Assembly: GCA_029856155.1 (NCBI GenBank)
Contig: JAHQWL010000092.1
Coordinates: forward strand, 21,489 to 85,488
Direction: 5' to 3'
From: Promethearchaeia archaeon
Lineage (GTDB): Archaea; Asgardarchaeota; Lokiarchaeia; Sigyniarchaeales; SOKP01
DNA length: 64,000 nucleotides
The translations under genes were made by a program, and so were the position numbers. Position 1 is the stretch's first letter; each line of letters begins with the position of its first letter. The notes beneath the pieces are model-generated. The model did no database searches. It was not told where the DNA came from and saw only the letters and a list, made by a program, of their open reading frames with translations. Of this stretch, positions 49,176-59,854 are shown in pieces.

Positions 49176-50438
49176 TTATTGTTTCACAAATACTTTTTCA
49201 ATAATTTCAATGGCCCAATCAATTTCTTCTCTTGTTATTACCAACGGAGGAGCAAATCGAATCGTTGTAGAGTGAGTATCCTTTGCTAAAATTCCATTGT
49301 CCTTTAATTCCTCGACAATCTGTCTGGCATCTTCTGCAAATTCAACAGCGATCAATAAACCCTTTCCTCTAATTTCCTTAATTGGAATCTTGGTTCTTTT
49401 CTCAGCAATTTCCTTTAATCTCTTTATAAAATAAGCACCCATCTCTTTAGCTCGCTCAGCAAGATTTTCACGTAAGTGAATATCTATTGATTTCATTGCG
49501 ATAGCTGCTGCTAAAGGATTCCCACCGAAAGTACTTCCATGGGTTCCAGGTGTTATTACATCTGGACCAATGATCTCTTGTGTGCTTACACACGCAGAAA
49601 CAGGATATATACCACCTCCAAGAGCTTTACCTAATAACAGCATATCTGGTTTCACATCTTCGTGATCACAAGCAAAAAACTCTCCAGTTCTGCCAAATCC
49701 TGTTTGAATTTCATCTAGAATCAATAAAACATTATATTTTGAACAGATTTTTCTGACCTTTTTCAAAAATCCTTCTGGAGGAACATTTACTCCAGCTTCT
49801 CCTTGTATTGGTTCAACTAAAAAAGCAGCTACTTTTTCAGGACCAGTTTCTAATATTGCATTTTCTAACTCTTCAGCATCTCCATAGGGTATAGTTATAA
49901 AACCAGGCGTATAAGGCCCAAAATTACCATAATAACGTGCTGCTGCAATATCGGAACTAAAACCTACAATAGTGATGGTCCTTCCGTGAAAATTATCTCT
50001 ACAGACTATTATTTTTGCTTCATTTTTTGGAATCTTTTTCTTAATATAACCCCAAGCACGTGCTACTTTTAATCCTGTGGAAACTGCTTCAGTGCCGGTG
50101 TTCATAGGAAGAGACATTATCCCGGAGTTCGTTGGGTCATTAATATGTGGTCCAACAACTTCAGCTAACATTTTTAGGAAAGGTCCCATCATATCATTAT
50201 GAAAAGCACGAGAAGTTAAGGTTACAATACTTGCTTGTTCTTTTAGCGTTGCAACGATTTCGGGATGACAATGTCCTGCATTCTGGCTTGAATATGCTGA
50301 TAAACAATCTAAATACTTCTTACCTTCTGGATCATAAACCCACACTCCTTCTGCTCGCGATATTACTACTGGAATTGGGTGATAATTATGAGCGCAATAT
50401 TTATTATCCATCTCAATAAATTCTTGTGTAGTTGGCAT
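49176..50438 (-). CDS. rocD: Ornithine--oxo-acid aminotransferase
   Basis: 'AHNYHPIPVV', 'LSAYS', 'TLTSRAFH', 'EPIQGEAG', 'DEIQTG', 'LGKALGGG', 'HGSTFGGNP'. Confidence 0.93.
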   Translation of the reverse strand: MPTTQEFIEMDNKYCAHNYHPIPVVISRAEGVWVYDPEGKKYLDCLSAYSSQNAGHCHPEIVATLKEQASIVTLTSRAFHNDMMGPFLKMLAEVVGPHINDPTNSGIMSLPMNTGTEAVSTGLKVARAWGYIKKKIPKNEAKIIVCRDNFHGRTITIVGFSSDIAAARYYGNFGPYTPGFITIPYGDAEELENAILETGPEKVAAFLVEPIQGEAGVNVPPEGFLKKVRKICSKYNVLLILDEIQTGFGRTGEFFACDHEDVKPDMLLLGKALGGGIYPVSACVSTQEIIGPDVITPGTHGSTFGGNPLAAAIAMKSIDIHLRENLAERAKEMGAYFIKRLKEIAEKRTKIPIKEIRGKGLLIAVEFAEDARQIVEELKDNGILAKDTHSTTIRFAPPLVITREEIDWAIEIIEKVFVKQ

Positions 50439-50558
50439 ATTTTTTACATTTCTTTCTTTATCTTATATACTATTTAATAATATGAACAGATTCATTAAAA
50501 GTTTAAATGTTCTTTTCTTTTATTTGGGAAGAAAATGGGATTATAAAAAATGAAATTT

Positions 50559-51350
50559 TTAATTGTATCCCTTTCTTCTTACATGTTCTTTAATAAAAAA
50601 AGACGCGACTATTTCAGCATAGGTTCCTGGCCCAAATCCAGCATCATAACCTAATTCCTTTGCTAACTCATTATTTATTCTAGCTCCCCCGCAAATTAAA
50701 ATAATTTTATCTCTTATACCCTCTGCTTCCAAGAGATCAACTAATTGAGTTAAATTCTTTACATGTATATCCTTTTGAGTGACTGTCTGTGACACAAGTA
50801 AAACATCAGCCTTTAGCTCTATTGCTTTTTTAATAAATTCATCATTTGTTACTTGACTCCCTAAGTTGAAAGCTTCAATCATTTCATATTGTTCAAGACC
50901 ATAATGACCTGCGAAACCTTTCATATTAATAATTGCATCAATTCCAACAGTATGAGCATCTGTTCCAGTAGATGCTCCAAGAATTACCAGTTTACGTCCT
51001 ATCTTTTCTCTTATATAAGTATTTATTTCTTCTTTAGACATAATATCTACTTCTATATTTTCTACTTGAATTTTAGTATAATCGATAGTATGAATTGATT
51101 TTCCATAAACTACAAAAAAAGTGAATTTTTTGTCTAATGCTGAATGATATACTACTTCCGGATCTTTTAAACCCATTTTTTCTGTGAGTTCCTTAGCTGC
51201 CTCAATTGCCTTATCACCGTCTTCAACTGGAAATGTAAAACTTACTTGTACCTTTCCATCATTCATTGTATCTCCATAAGGTTTGATTCTTGTTAAATCA
51301 AGATTTTTATCAAAAGCTTCTTTTTCAGTTGAATATTGTCCTCCTCCCAT
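50559..51350 (-). CDS. kamE: Lysine 5,6-aminomutase beta subunit
   Basis: 'KPYGDTMNDGKVQ', 'GTDAHTVGIDA', 'MKG', 'SQTVTQ'. Confidence 0.95.
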   Translation of the reverse strand: MGGGQYSTEKEAFDKNLDLTRIKPYGDTMNDGKVQVSFTFPVEDGDKAIEAAKELTEKMGLKDPEVVYHSALDKKFTFFVVYGKSIHTIDYTKIQVENIEVDIMSKEEINTYIREKIGRKLVILGASTGTDAHTVGIDAIINMKGFAGHYGLEQYEMIEAFNLGSQVTNDEFIKKAIELKADVLLVSQTVTQKDIHVKNLTQLVDLLEAEGIRDKIILICGGARINNELAKELGYDAGFGPGTYAEIVASFFIKEHVRRKGYN

Positions 51351-51351
51351 T

Positions 51352-52950
51352 CTAGTTCCCTCCTTTTGTTAATTCTCTAGTCATAAGATCAATAAAGGGA
51401 TTAAAATAATTATTTCCTTTCTTAAATACACCATCTAAACCTTTGCCTCCATCTATTGGTCTTTTAATATTAGCAAAGATTCCTTTTTCAATCGTTTTGA
51501 ATAACCCTTCTTTTTCGATTTCCTTCAATAAATTATATGATTTATTAAGTATTTCATCGACTCGTCTTTCCATTAATCCCCCTTTTTTAAATACTATTTC
51601 TTCGCTAATAGATTTCATATTGTTAAATATATAGCGTGCATTTTCGATCGATAAAGCTCTATCGGACATAAAAGGTGTGTGTATTGCTTCTGTTAACATA
51701 CCGAGGAGGTGAATTCTTTGATTTGTCATAATAGTTATCATATTAAATAAAGCATCTTGAATATGACCCTTGAATATATTTCCTGTCATAAATTTAGTTG
51801 GAGGCATATATTTTAAAGGAGCTTTTGGAAAGATCTCTCGTGCCATTTGAGCTTGAGCAAGCTCATATAAAAAACCATTCTCTAAATCAGGATTCATTTC
51901 AAAAGCATGACCTAATCCCATTTGTTCCTCCTTTAATCCTGCCAGTAAGGCAAATTGTTCATTAATAAATTCTGAGGCAAGAACCGTGTGTGCAGCCTCA
52001 TAAGCATCTGCTGTAGTTAAATAATTATCTTCTCCAGTATTAATAATTACTCCCGCATATGCATTTATCATTCTTGAAAAGTATTGATCAATAATAGTTC
52101 TTTTCATGTTGATGTCCCGGAATAAAATTCCATAAAGGGCATCGTTGAGCATCATATCAAGCCTCTCAAATGCACCCATTGCCGCAATCTCTGGCATACA
52201 TAAACCAGAACAATAATTAGTAAGTCTTACATATCTCCCTAATTCTTCACCCACTTCATCTAATGCTTTTCTCATTAATCTAAAATTTTCTTGAGTTGCA
52301 TAAGTTCCACCAAATCCTTCAGTGGTTGCACCATAAGGTACATAATCGAGAAGACTTTGAACTGTAGATCGAATCACCGCAATTACATCCGCTCCCTGCC
52401 TTGCTGCTGCTTGAGCTTGAATAATATCTTCATAAATATTTCCTGTAGCAACAATAACATATATCAATGGTCCATCTTTGTCACCATATTTTTGAAGTAA
52501 TTCCTCTCTTTTTTTCCTATTTTGAGTTATATTTAATAGTGTTTCTTGAGCAATGAGATTTATAGTTGCTTTTATTTCAGAAAGATCCTTTAATGGCAAT
52601 TGTGTTAAATTTAATTCACCCTCCGCAATCATTTCTGCAATTTTTTGAGGTGATAAATTCGTGTGCAGAATAGCATTACCAATATGAATAGCAGCCCCAA
52701 TACCAAGACGATTCCCTTTTTTAATATTATCTACTACAATATTAGGGAGTGGTACATCAAACTCATCTACACCATCTATCCCTAGTAATCTACAAACTGT
52801 TCTTTCTATTGTTGTAGTAGTATGATTATCAATAAATTTTTGGGTCTTAAATGCGATTTTTTTAGCCGCTTCTCTAGCTTTACGCACTATAGAGAAATTT
52901 AAATTCAATTTACTTTCTTGTTGATTTCTATTTTCGGTCAAATTTTTCAC
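51352..52950 (-). CDS. kamD: Lysine 5,6-aminomutase alpha subunit
   Basis: 'YVIVATGNIYED', 'QSLLDYVPYGATTEGFGGT', 'NYCSGLCMPE', 'KYMPPTK'. Confidence 0.95.
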   Translation of the reverse strand: MKNLTENRNQQESKLNLNFSIVRKAREAAKKIAFKTQKFIDNHTTTTIERTVCRLLGIDGVDEFDVPLPNIVVDNIKKGNRLGIGAAIHIGNAILHTNLSPQKIAEMIAEGELNLTQLPLKDLSEIKATINLIAQETLLNITQNRKKREELLQKYGDKDGPLIYVIVATGNIYEDIIQAQAAARQGADVIAVIRSTVQSLLDYVPYGATTEGFGGTYATQENFRLMRKALDEVGEELGRYVRLTNYCSGLCMPEIAAMGAFERLDMMLNDALYGILFRDINMKRTIIDQYFSRMINAYAGVIINTGEDNYLTTADAYEAAHTVLASEFINEQFALLAGLKEEQMGLGHAFEMNPDLENGFLYELAQAQMAREIFPKAPLKYMPPTKFMTGNIFKGHIQDALFNMITIMTNQRIHLLGMLTEAIHTPFMSDRALSIENARYIFNNMKSISEEIVFKKGGLMERRVDEILNKSYNLLKEIEKEGLFKTIEKGIFANIKRPIDGGKGLDGVFKKGNNYFNPFIDLMTRELTKGGN

Positions 52951-52992
52951 ATTTTTAAAATTCTACATTAATTTTCAAACTTTTATTCTAAA

Positions 52993-54024
52993 TTAATTAT
53001 CCTTTCCAAGATCAAATACAGGAACATCAAGATTTTTTTTCATTAAATTTAAGAACGTGTTTTTTTCAAAATTATAACCCAATGGAGAAGTTGGGTTTAT
53101 AGTAACAGCAATTATTTTTATAGGTTTTAAAACTTTCAGGATTCCACCTTTTTTTTGGAATTTCTCTTTTATTTTTCTACTCAAAAAAAGTTTGGTGGGA
53201 TCTTCCACTAAAATTGTTATTTTTTTATATTTGTCCGTAAGACTCATTAAGTCTTCTAATAATTTATCGGTGAGTGCTCCTTTTATTACTATATATTTCG
53301 AATTTTCATCAAGGGCATTTGAAATATCTTTAGCTGAATCTAAAGAAGTTAATATATTAAGTAATTTAATGGAATTTTTGTTATCTATGATTCCCACATT
53401 TGATTTTTTTAGTATTTCATATGCAATCTCTCTTATTTCTTTTTCCTTTTCACTTTCTAAATTTAATAATTTTATTGTATGAACTGTCAAATTAATGACA
53501 TCTTGCATATCTTCTGATACAGATGCTCCTGTAGAAAGGATTGTTGCATCAGATATGATAGGGGTTGCATAGGATCTCCTATCAAAGGCACCATCGATAA
53601 GAATCAAATCACATCCTAAATTTTTTAAATCTACACAAATTTCGTGTAAATATTTGTTTATTGATGGTCCCGCTAGTTCAATAAGACCATCATTCAATGC
53701 CCTTAATATTAAAATTTCTCCTAATGGAGTGTTAAATTCTGTTTTTTTTAAAATTTCCATTTGGACTTCACTAACTTCAAAACTCTGTTTCGCCGTTGCT
53801 ACAATTGTACCCTTTTTAATAAATATTCTAGGTTTCGGTAGCTGTGTAATTACATCATATTTCTCTCCATCTCTTCCTATAGATGTTAGACCGAGTTTAT
53901 AACCTTCTAAATTCTTTATTATATAATTTAGTGTAGTGGTTTTACTGACATTTTTCGCGAGACCAATAATTGAAATAATTTTACACTTCTTGATTTCATT
54001 CAAAAAATTAGTCATGAAGTCCAT
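52993..54024 (-). CDS. kamB: Lysine 5,6-aminomutase reactivase subunit KamB-like
   Basis: 'SIIGLAKNVSKTT', 'TSIGRDGE', 'TPLG', 'IDGAFDR', 'ILSTGA', 'TINP'; directly upstream of kamD. Confidence 0.78.
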   Translation of the reverse strand: MDFMTNFLNEIKKCKIISIIGLAKNVSKTTTLNYIIKNLEGYKLGLTSIGRDGEKYDVITQLPKPRIFIKKGTIVATAKQSFEVSEVQMEILKKTEFNTPLGEILILRALNDGLIELAGPSINKYLHEICVDLKNLGCDLILIDGAFDRRSYATPIISDATILSTGASVSEDMQDVINLTVHTIKLLNLESEKEKEIREIAYEILKKSNVGIIDNKNSIKLLNILTSLDSAKDISNALDENSKYIVIKGALTDKLLEDLMSLTDKYKKITILVEDPTKLFLSRKIKEKFQKKGGILKVLKPIKIIAVTINPTSPLGYNFEKNTFLNLMKKNLDVPVFDLGKDN

Positions 54025-54164
54025 TTTCTCGCTAAAAACTGATGTGATTCTGATAGTAAGTGAAATAAATCTTAATTATATAAATTTTAGATATTGTTTA
54101 AAATTAGACTTAATCTATTTTTTCAATCAATTTCAATTCCAAAAAGAATTTTTAGGTAATGAGA

Positions 54165-55409
54165 TTAAGCTTGATTTAAAAGGGAAGCAATATAATCCCA
54201 TTTCTTATTAATTTTATCGGATGTGCGTAAACGGTTAAATATTTTATATTCAAAAGCGCCAATTAGGTTGTACATATGTTTTACTTCTTTATATATTTGT
54301 TGTTCTTCAAATTTTATCGTGTAGTTCTCAATTTTATTGAAAGTCCATAAGTTTTCATTGATCTCTATTCCAAGTTTTTTAGATTTAACAAAGTCTTCTA
54401 AATCTTGAGTGATCATACCAACCCAAAATTTCGCCATTTCCATAGAATAATAGAGTCCGGAAGAACCAAATGGATTTATAAATCCAGCGCTATCTCCCAA
54501 TATTAGTACACCAGGATTAGGAACGAACTTTTCAGCTATTTTTGCATTAGGTAAAGAAGTAATTTCTTCATAATCTATATTACAATTTTTTAAAAAAACA
54601 CTAAATCCCGGATAATTTTCTTTTATTTCATTCCAAACTCTTAAGATCTCCTCATTATCGGGTATCATCACAGTTTTCATATTGGGAACTTGAGACATTC
54701 TTAACATTAACCCTACTTCAGCCCTTCTATTTTCTAGAGGAAAGAAGTATGCCACACAAGGAGGAAACTCGCTTGCGTAACTTAGATCTCCGTTTCCTAA
54801 TAAAAAAAATTCTAAGTCAGGATTTTCTCTAATATTAAAATTTGCGTTACTAATAAGGCATTTTATTATCGGGCAATTCATTTTTGTATAATCTATTCCA
54901 TATGCTTTACCAATAACTCCTTCAAACCCGCTACAATCTAGTACCACATTACCTAATACTTCTTGAATTTGACCATCAGTACTTTTATACTTCACGCCGA
55001 TCGTTATTCCATGCTTCTCAATTGGTTCAATAACAGTGGAGTTAAACAACATTTTTACTCCTAAATCTTTCGCAACTTCAGTGAATCGATCAATAAATTT
55101 TCTCCATTCAAAGAAATAATGATCATGTCCACTGTATGTAGTAGTAATCTTTAAATCATTAGGTGAGTGCCATACTCTCCCACCGTTCGATTTAAAACCT
55201 ATAGAAGGTAAAAATCCTTCTCCCAATATCGCATCAACGATGGGCATATGAGCCATTCCTTCACCGCGTGGTTTTGGCCCAGCAAGTCTTCCCTTTTCTA
55301 AAATTATTGATGTGAAACCAAGTCTAGCGGCTGAAATTCCCGCTGTTAATCCAGCAGGTCCAGCACCAATTATAACAAAATTATAAAAACTAGAGTTTTC
55401 AGTATCCAT
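54165..55409 (-). CDS. Geranylgeranyl reductase-family FAD oxidoreductase
   Basis: 'IIGAGPAG', 'KPRGEG', 'YFFP', 'LGDSAGFINPFGSSG'. Confidence 0.78.
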   Translation of the reverse strand: MDTENSSFYNFVIIGAGPAGLTAGISAARLGFTSIILEKGRLAGPKPRGEGMAHMPIVDAILGEGFLPSIGFKSNGGRVWHSPNDLKITTTYSGHDHYFFEWRKFIDRFTEVAKDLGVKMLFNSTVIEPIEKHGITIGVKYKSTDGQIQEVLGNVVLDCSGFEGVIGKAYGIDYTKMNCPIIKCLISNANFNIRENPDLEFFLLGNGDLSYASEFPPCVAYFFPLENRRAEVGLMLRMSQVPNMKTVMIPDNEEILRVWNEIKENYPGFSVFLKNCNIDYEEITSLPNAKIAEKFVPNPGVLILGDSAGFINPFGSSGLYYSMEMAKFWVGMITQDLEDFVKSKKLGIEINENLWTFNKIENYTIKFEEQQIYKEVKHMYNLIGAFEYKIFNRLRTSDKINKKWDYIASLLNQA

Positions 55410-55523
55410 GTTTCAAAAGTAAGGGTCTAAGTAATTAAATCTTTTCGATCTATATTTTTAAATGCTATACTCAGTCATTCTTTAGTGTTTGTATAATTAT
55501 TCTTCAAATTAATAGCTAGAAAC

Positions 55524-55925
55524 CTAATCTAAAAAAGATATTAACTCTTCTCTTGATATTTCTTGTCTATGCTTTTGATCATTCCATAATTTACGGTATA
55601 TGTAAAAATATTCGTATAAATCTAATTCATTTGCCGAATAGAGTAATTCGCCGTTTTCAATTACTTGAATTTTAATATACAAAGGTAATTCTTGAAAAAC
55701 ACGTACATCATATTTTTTTGTGGTAACATTAACATTTTGTAATATAAAAGAAATCAATTGATGAATATCTTCGTTAGGGGCTATTATACAAATATCAATA
55801 TCACTTCTACTAGTCTCTTTATCCATTAGGTAAGAGCCATATAATAAAATTCCTAAAATTTCTTTTTTTTGAATTATAACTGAGAAATCAATACGAATTT
55901 GCTCTAGTAGTTTTTTTTTAACCAT
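55524..55925 (-). CDS. Minimal nucleotidyltransferase (MNT antitoxin)
   Basis: 'LLYGSY...SRSDIDICI', 'YDVRVFQELPLYIK'. Confidence 0.88.
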   Translation of the reverse strand: MVKKKLLEQIRIDFSVIIQKKEILGILLYGSYLMDKETSRSDIDICIIAPNEDIHQLISFILQNVNVTTKKYDVRVFQELPLYIKIQVIENGELLYSANELDLYEYFYIYRKLWNDQKHRQEISREELISFLD

Positions 55926-56035
55926 TCTTTAACACCCCCCATAAATTCTTTAAGATATTTTAAAAGATCAATTAATCTAGTAAAAGCTATATCATTAATT
56001 AAACCATTATAATCATGAACAATTATGGTATTATT
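55904..56035 (-). pseudogene. C-terminal remnant of a HEPN/DUF86 toxin
   Basis: Unannotated frame 'NNTIIVHDYNGLINDIAFTRLIDLLKYLKEFMGGVKEWLKKNY*' overlaps the MNT start; the catalytic Arg and the N-terminus are missing. Confidence 0.68.
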
Positions 56036-56060
56036 AATTATAAAATTGGGTAAAATAGTT

Positions 56061-56420
56061 TTATTTTTTTACCTCTTTCTTATCTTTTCCCGATATTCTC
56101 AAATCAATTCCCTCCTCATCTTTCCTATAAGGTTTCACAGGTTTTGATTTATCCATCGGAGCATTACATGCCCAACAAACGTTTTCTAAATTAGTCAATG
56201 CCTGGACACAACTTTCACAGTAATTAGCATTACATTCACATGCATACATGTAACCTTTTATTTCCCCTCTACAGACAAGGCAAATTTTCTGTTCTTTTTG
56301 AATTGTAAAATCCTCTTCAGTAACTTGAGTTGTCAACTTTGATCGATTTCGTAGCACTTGGAAAGCATCCTCATATTTATTCTTTTTAATGAGTTCTTTA
56401 GCACGAGTTAATTCTTTAGG
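56061..56420 (-). pseudogene. Probable C-terminal fragment of a Lokiarchaeia-type protein with a Cys-rich RING-like Zn finger
   Basis: 'EQKICLVCRG...YACECNANYCESC...CWAC'; the frame is open to 56420 with no ATG or clear RBS (GTG at 56357 is the only canonical start near the 5' end). Confidence 0.5.
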
Positions 56421-56530
56421 TTATGAGTTAAACAAATTTAAATCCTTATATAGTTTGATTTTAGACAAAGTTGGTTATTTCAAATAATATTAAGGATAAG
56501 GAATAATATAAGGATATTTAATATGAGTAT

Positions 56531-57769
56531 CTACTTAGTTAATTTTTTCCTTCTCAGTTTCCTTTTTAGATCGGCAGGTTCAATAGTAACTTTTTCACCA
56601 CTCAATAATGCACTGACTCCAATTTGCTTTTCACAATCTTCACAATGACAATTTGGGACATAGTCATTTGGTTCTTCATAAGTTGTTATGACTCCTTCAA
56701 AATTCCTCAATACAACACGAGTATTTCCTTGAGATATTGTATAACCTGGCATAACAGGTATTTTTCCACCGCCTCCTGGAGCATCAACAACAAACGTGGG
56801 TACACATAATCCTGAAGTATGACCTCTTAATCCTTCAATAATTTCAATACCTTGAGCTACACTTGTTCTAAAATGCCCAAGACCCAAAGAAAGGTCGCAT
56901 TGGTAAATGTAATATGGTCTCACACGAATTTTAACTAATTCGTGCACTAATTTTTTCATTATATGAATACAATCATTTACACCCTTTAACAAAACGGATT
57001 GATTTCCAAGAGGCATCCCAGCATTAGCTAACATCTCGCATGCTCTTTTAGAATCTTCTGTTATTTCATTTGGATGATTAAAGTGTGTATTAAACCAAAT
57101 AGGATGATATTTTTGGAGCATTTCGCATAATTCTGGAGTAATACGGAAAGGATTTGTAACTGGTGCCCTAGATCCTATACGTATTATTTCTATATGAGGT
57201 ATTTTTTTTAATTTTTTTAAAATTATTTCTAATTTTTCATCAGACATTAATAGAGCATCTCCTCCAGATAAGAGCACATCTCTAATAGAAGGAGTATTTT
57301 TTATATATTCAATACAAGCATCTATCTGTGATGGTTGCGGTCCCATATCAAGATGTCCCGCAAATCTTCTCCTTGTACAATGCCTACAATACATTGAACA
57401 TTTCTCTGTTACCAAAAATAAAACTCTGTCAGGGTATCGATGAGTTAAACCAGGAACAGGAGAATCAATATCTTCACTGAGTGGATCTTCCAAGTCACTA
57501 CTGCATCTATTTAATTCATGAATAGTTGGAATTGCTTGTTTTCTAATAGGATCATATGAGTCGTCAGGATCAATTAATGATAAGTAATATGGGGTAATTG
57601 CCATTCTATATTCCTCTAAAATTCGAGAATCATCTTCTTCCTTAGTCAAATTGATATATTTTTTAAGTTCTTCCAAAGTTTCAATCCTATTTCTAACTTG
57701 CCAATGCCAATCATTCCAATCCTTATCGCTAACGTTACCAAACAATTCTTTACGTCTATTGACTTTCAT
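56531..57769 (-). CDS. kamA: Lysine 2,3-aminomutase (radical SAM, PLP)
   Basis: 'WNDWHWQ', 'THRYPDR', '[12 protein letters not shown]', 'LSGGD', '[10 protein letters not shown]', C-terminal Zn Cys 'CHCEDC'. Confidence 0.95.
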   Translation of the reverse strand: MKVNRRKELFGNVSDKDWNDWHWQVRNRIETLEELKKYINLTKEEDDSRILEEYRMAITPYYLSLIDPDDSYDPIRKQAIPTIHELNRCSSDLEDPLSEDIDSPVPGLTHRYPDRVLFLVTEKCSMYCRHCTRRRFAGHLDMGPQPSQIDACIEYIKNTPSIRDVLLSGGDALLMSDEKLEIILKKLKKIPHIEIIRIGSRAPVTNPFRITPELCEMLQKYHPIWFNTHFNHPNEITEDSKRACEMLANAGMPLGNQSVLLKGVNDCIHIMKKLVHELVKIRVRPYYIYQCDLSLGLGHFRTSVAQGIEIIEGLRGHTSGLCVPTFVVDAPGGGGKIPVMPGYTISQGNTRVVLRNFEGVITTYEEPNDYVPNCHCEDCEKQIGVSALLSGEKVTIEPADLKRKLRRKKLTK

Positions 57770-58041
57770 ATTTTAATTCACTAATATCTGCAATATTTAA
57801 CTTAACTGACAATTAATTTAAAACGTTTATCCTCAAATAATTTATCTAATTTTTCATTTTTTATTAAAATCCTTTTCAATAATTTTTTATGAAAATATAA
57901 CCAAGATTTTAAGTTGTTTTGAAAATAAAGTAAAGAAAAGGATTTCAAACATATTTTTTCTTTCGGAGAAGAACCCCCAAAATATTGTAAAATAAAGTGA
58001 AAAATATTAGCTTCTAATAAGGTTTTTCTAACAACAAGAAG

Positions 58042-59082
58042 TTATGATATATATTTTTCTTTAAAGATGTTTCGTAGCATTTCTGATTCTTGTATTAAGT
58101 CCAAAGTAATTTGCGCATGATTTTTTGTATATCCATTACCGATAATCATTGTAACATCTTTTCCTACTCCTTCAGCACCTAAAGCTGCTTTAGTAAAGCT
58201 TGTTGCCATAGAAAAGAAATAAACTATTCCTCCATCTCTTACTGGTAAAATACTAGCCATTTCTGTATTAGGTATGCTTAAACAATTGATTGAAATGTCT
58301 ACTTCTTGTCCATTGTTCACATTTAAAGTTTCTTCTAATATATTTATAGGATTTCGAACATCACCTATAATAATCTTATGGCAAAAATTTGTATTTCTAA
58401 GAAATGCTGCACGCGATTCATTTCTTGCTTGTCCAATGACTATTCCTTTTTTCCCCACCATTTTTTTTGCCATATAGGAACACATTAAACCTGATTTTCC
58501 TGTAGCCCCAAGAATTAATACCACATTACCTTCTTTAACAAGCTTTTTTACTTGTGCTGGAGCACCTGCAACATCAAGGGCAGCCAACGCCAATGTATCT
58601 TCAATATCTTCAGGAATTTTAGCATATATTCCACTCTCAAAAAGAATGGCTTTTCCATTGATTTCTACTCTATCAATTTCAGGTTGAATTTTTAAGATTT
58701 TATTAATTCTCAGTGGTGTTAATGAAAGGGAAACTAGTGTAGCAATTTTGTCACCTATTTTTAAATCAGTTTTATTTTTTAATGCATCACCAATTTGTTC
58801 CACACGCCCCATAAGCATTCCACCAGAACCAGTCACCGGATTTTGCATTTTACCTTTTTCATTAACAATTTCCAATATTTTTACCTTTATTTTCTCAAGG
58901 TCGTCTTTTGCTTCTTCTTTTAATTGCATAAAACTCGCAGAATCAATATTTAAATAATCGACATTAATTAAAATTTCATTATCAAATATTTCCATATCAT
59001 TTGATATTTTTAATGCTGGTTGGGGAAGTGCTCCTTTAGGTTCTATAACTCGATGAGTTCCATATTTGTTTCCTTTTTTCAT
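58042..59082 (-). CDS. kdd: L-erythro-3,5-diaminohexanoate dehydrogenase
   Basis: 'YGTHRVIEP', 'LNIDSASF', 'NPVTGSGG', 'LDVAGAP', 'FTKAALGAEG'. Confidence 0.93.
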   Translation of the reverse strand: MKKGNKYGTHRVIEPKGALPQPALKISNDMEIFDNEILINVDYLNIDSASFMQLKEEAKDDLEKIKVKILEIVNEKGKMQNPVTGSGGMLMGRVEQIGDALKNKTDLKIGDKIATLVSLSLTPLRINKILKIQPEIDRVEINGKAILFESGIYAKIPEDIEDTLALAALDVAGAPAQVKKLVKEGNVVLILGATGKSGLMCSYMAKKMVGKKGIVIGQARNESRAAFLRNTNFCHKIIIGDVRNPINILEETLNVNNGQEVDISINCLSIPNTEMASILPVRDGGIVYFFSMATSFTKAALGAEGVGKDVTMIIGNGYTKNHAQITLDLIQESEMLRNIFKEKYIS

Positions 59083-59114
59083 ATTATCACTTAAATTAAT
59101 AATGTGTAACTTTT

Positions 59115-59837
59115 TTATGATTTCAATCCTATATAAAGCCCTCTGTCTTTCATTAAGCCATCTTTCAAATATTCTGTTTTAAATCCAGCTTCAGTCATAA
59201 TTTCTAAAAACTTTTCAATTTCGAAGAGTCCTAATTCGTGGCGATCAACAAAATACTTAACATCTTCATTTCTTTCAACAATTAAATGATGCATTTCCAT
59301 AACTGAAAGACCATCTTCTAATTTTGCTGTATTTAATCTCGCAATCTTAATATCTTCACCATCATAAGTGGTCATACCGGGGTGTCCTACCCAATAGGTA
59401 TCTTTTTTAAACCATGGTTCGATAATTGTTATTCCTCCTTTTTCTAAATGATTGGCAAAGTTAATTATTGTCTTTTTTAAATTTGGATATGTTTTTACAT
59501 AACCAATTGAACTAAACAAACATAAAATTATGTCGAATTTATCTTTGAGCTTTAAAGTTATCATGTCTGCTTGGGTGAAAATTACATTGCTAACCTTTTC
59601 TTTTGCAATATCCAACATTTCTGCATTAATATCAGTACCAGTACAAGAAAATTCATCTTTAAGATATTCTAAATGTTTTCCTGTACCACAACCGACATCT
59701 AGCAATTTATTACCATCAGATTTTTTATATTTCTTAATCAATTCCTTAATCTTACTGACTTCACCCTTATAATCTTTCCATGAATAGATTAAGTCATAAT
59801 ATTTTGCTAATTCCTTATACATAATTTCATCCTGCAA
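59115..59837 (-). CDS. Class I SAM-dependent methyltransferase
   Basis: 'YYDLIY..KDY', 'LLDVGCGTG', 'CLFSSIGY', 'EPW'. Confidence 0.88.
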   Translation of the reverse strand: MQDEIMYKELAKYYDLIYSWKDYKGEVSKIKELIKKYKKSDGNKLLDVGCGTGKHLEYLKDEFSCTGTDINAEMLDIAKEKVSNVIFTQADMITLKLKDKFDIILCLFSSIGYVKTYPNLKKTIINFANHLEKGGITIIEPWFKKDTYWVGHPGMTTYDGEDIKIARLNTAKLEDGLSVMEMHHLIVERNEDVKYFVDRHELGLFEIEKFLEIMTEAGFKTEYLKDGLMKDRGLYIGLKS

Positions 59838-59854
59838 AACTCAAATAAATTATT

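Noticed and set aside
57867-57945. 11-bp inverted repeat (AAATCCTTTTC / GAAAAGGATTT) upstream of kamA as a possible lysine riboswitch or MITE
   Set aside because: Low-complexity AT-rich context; no riboswitch core or target-site duplication was recognisable.
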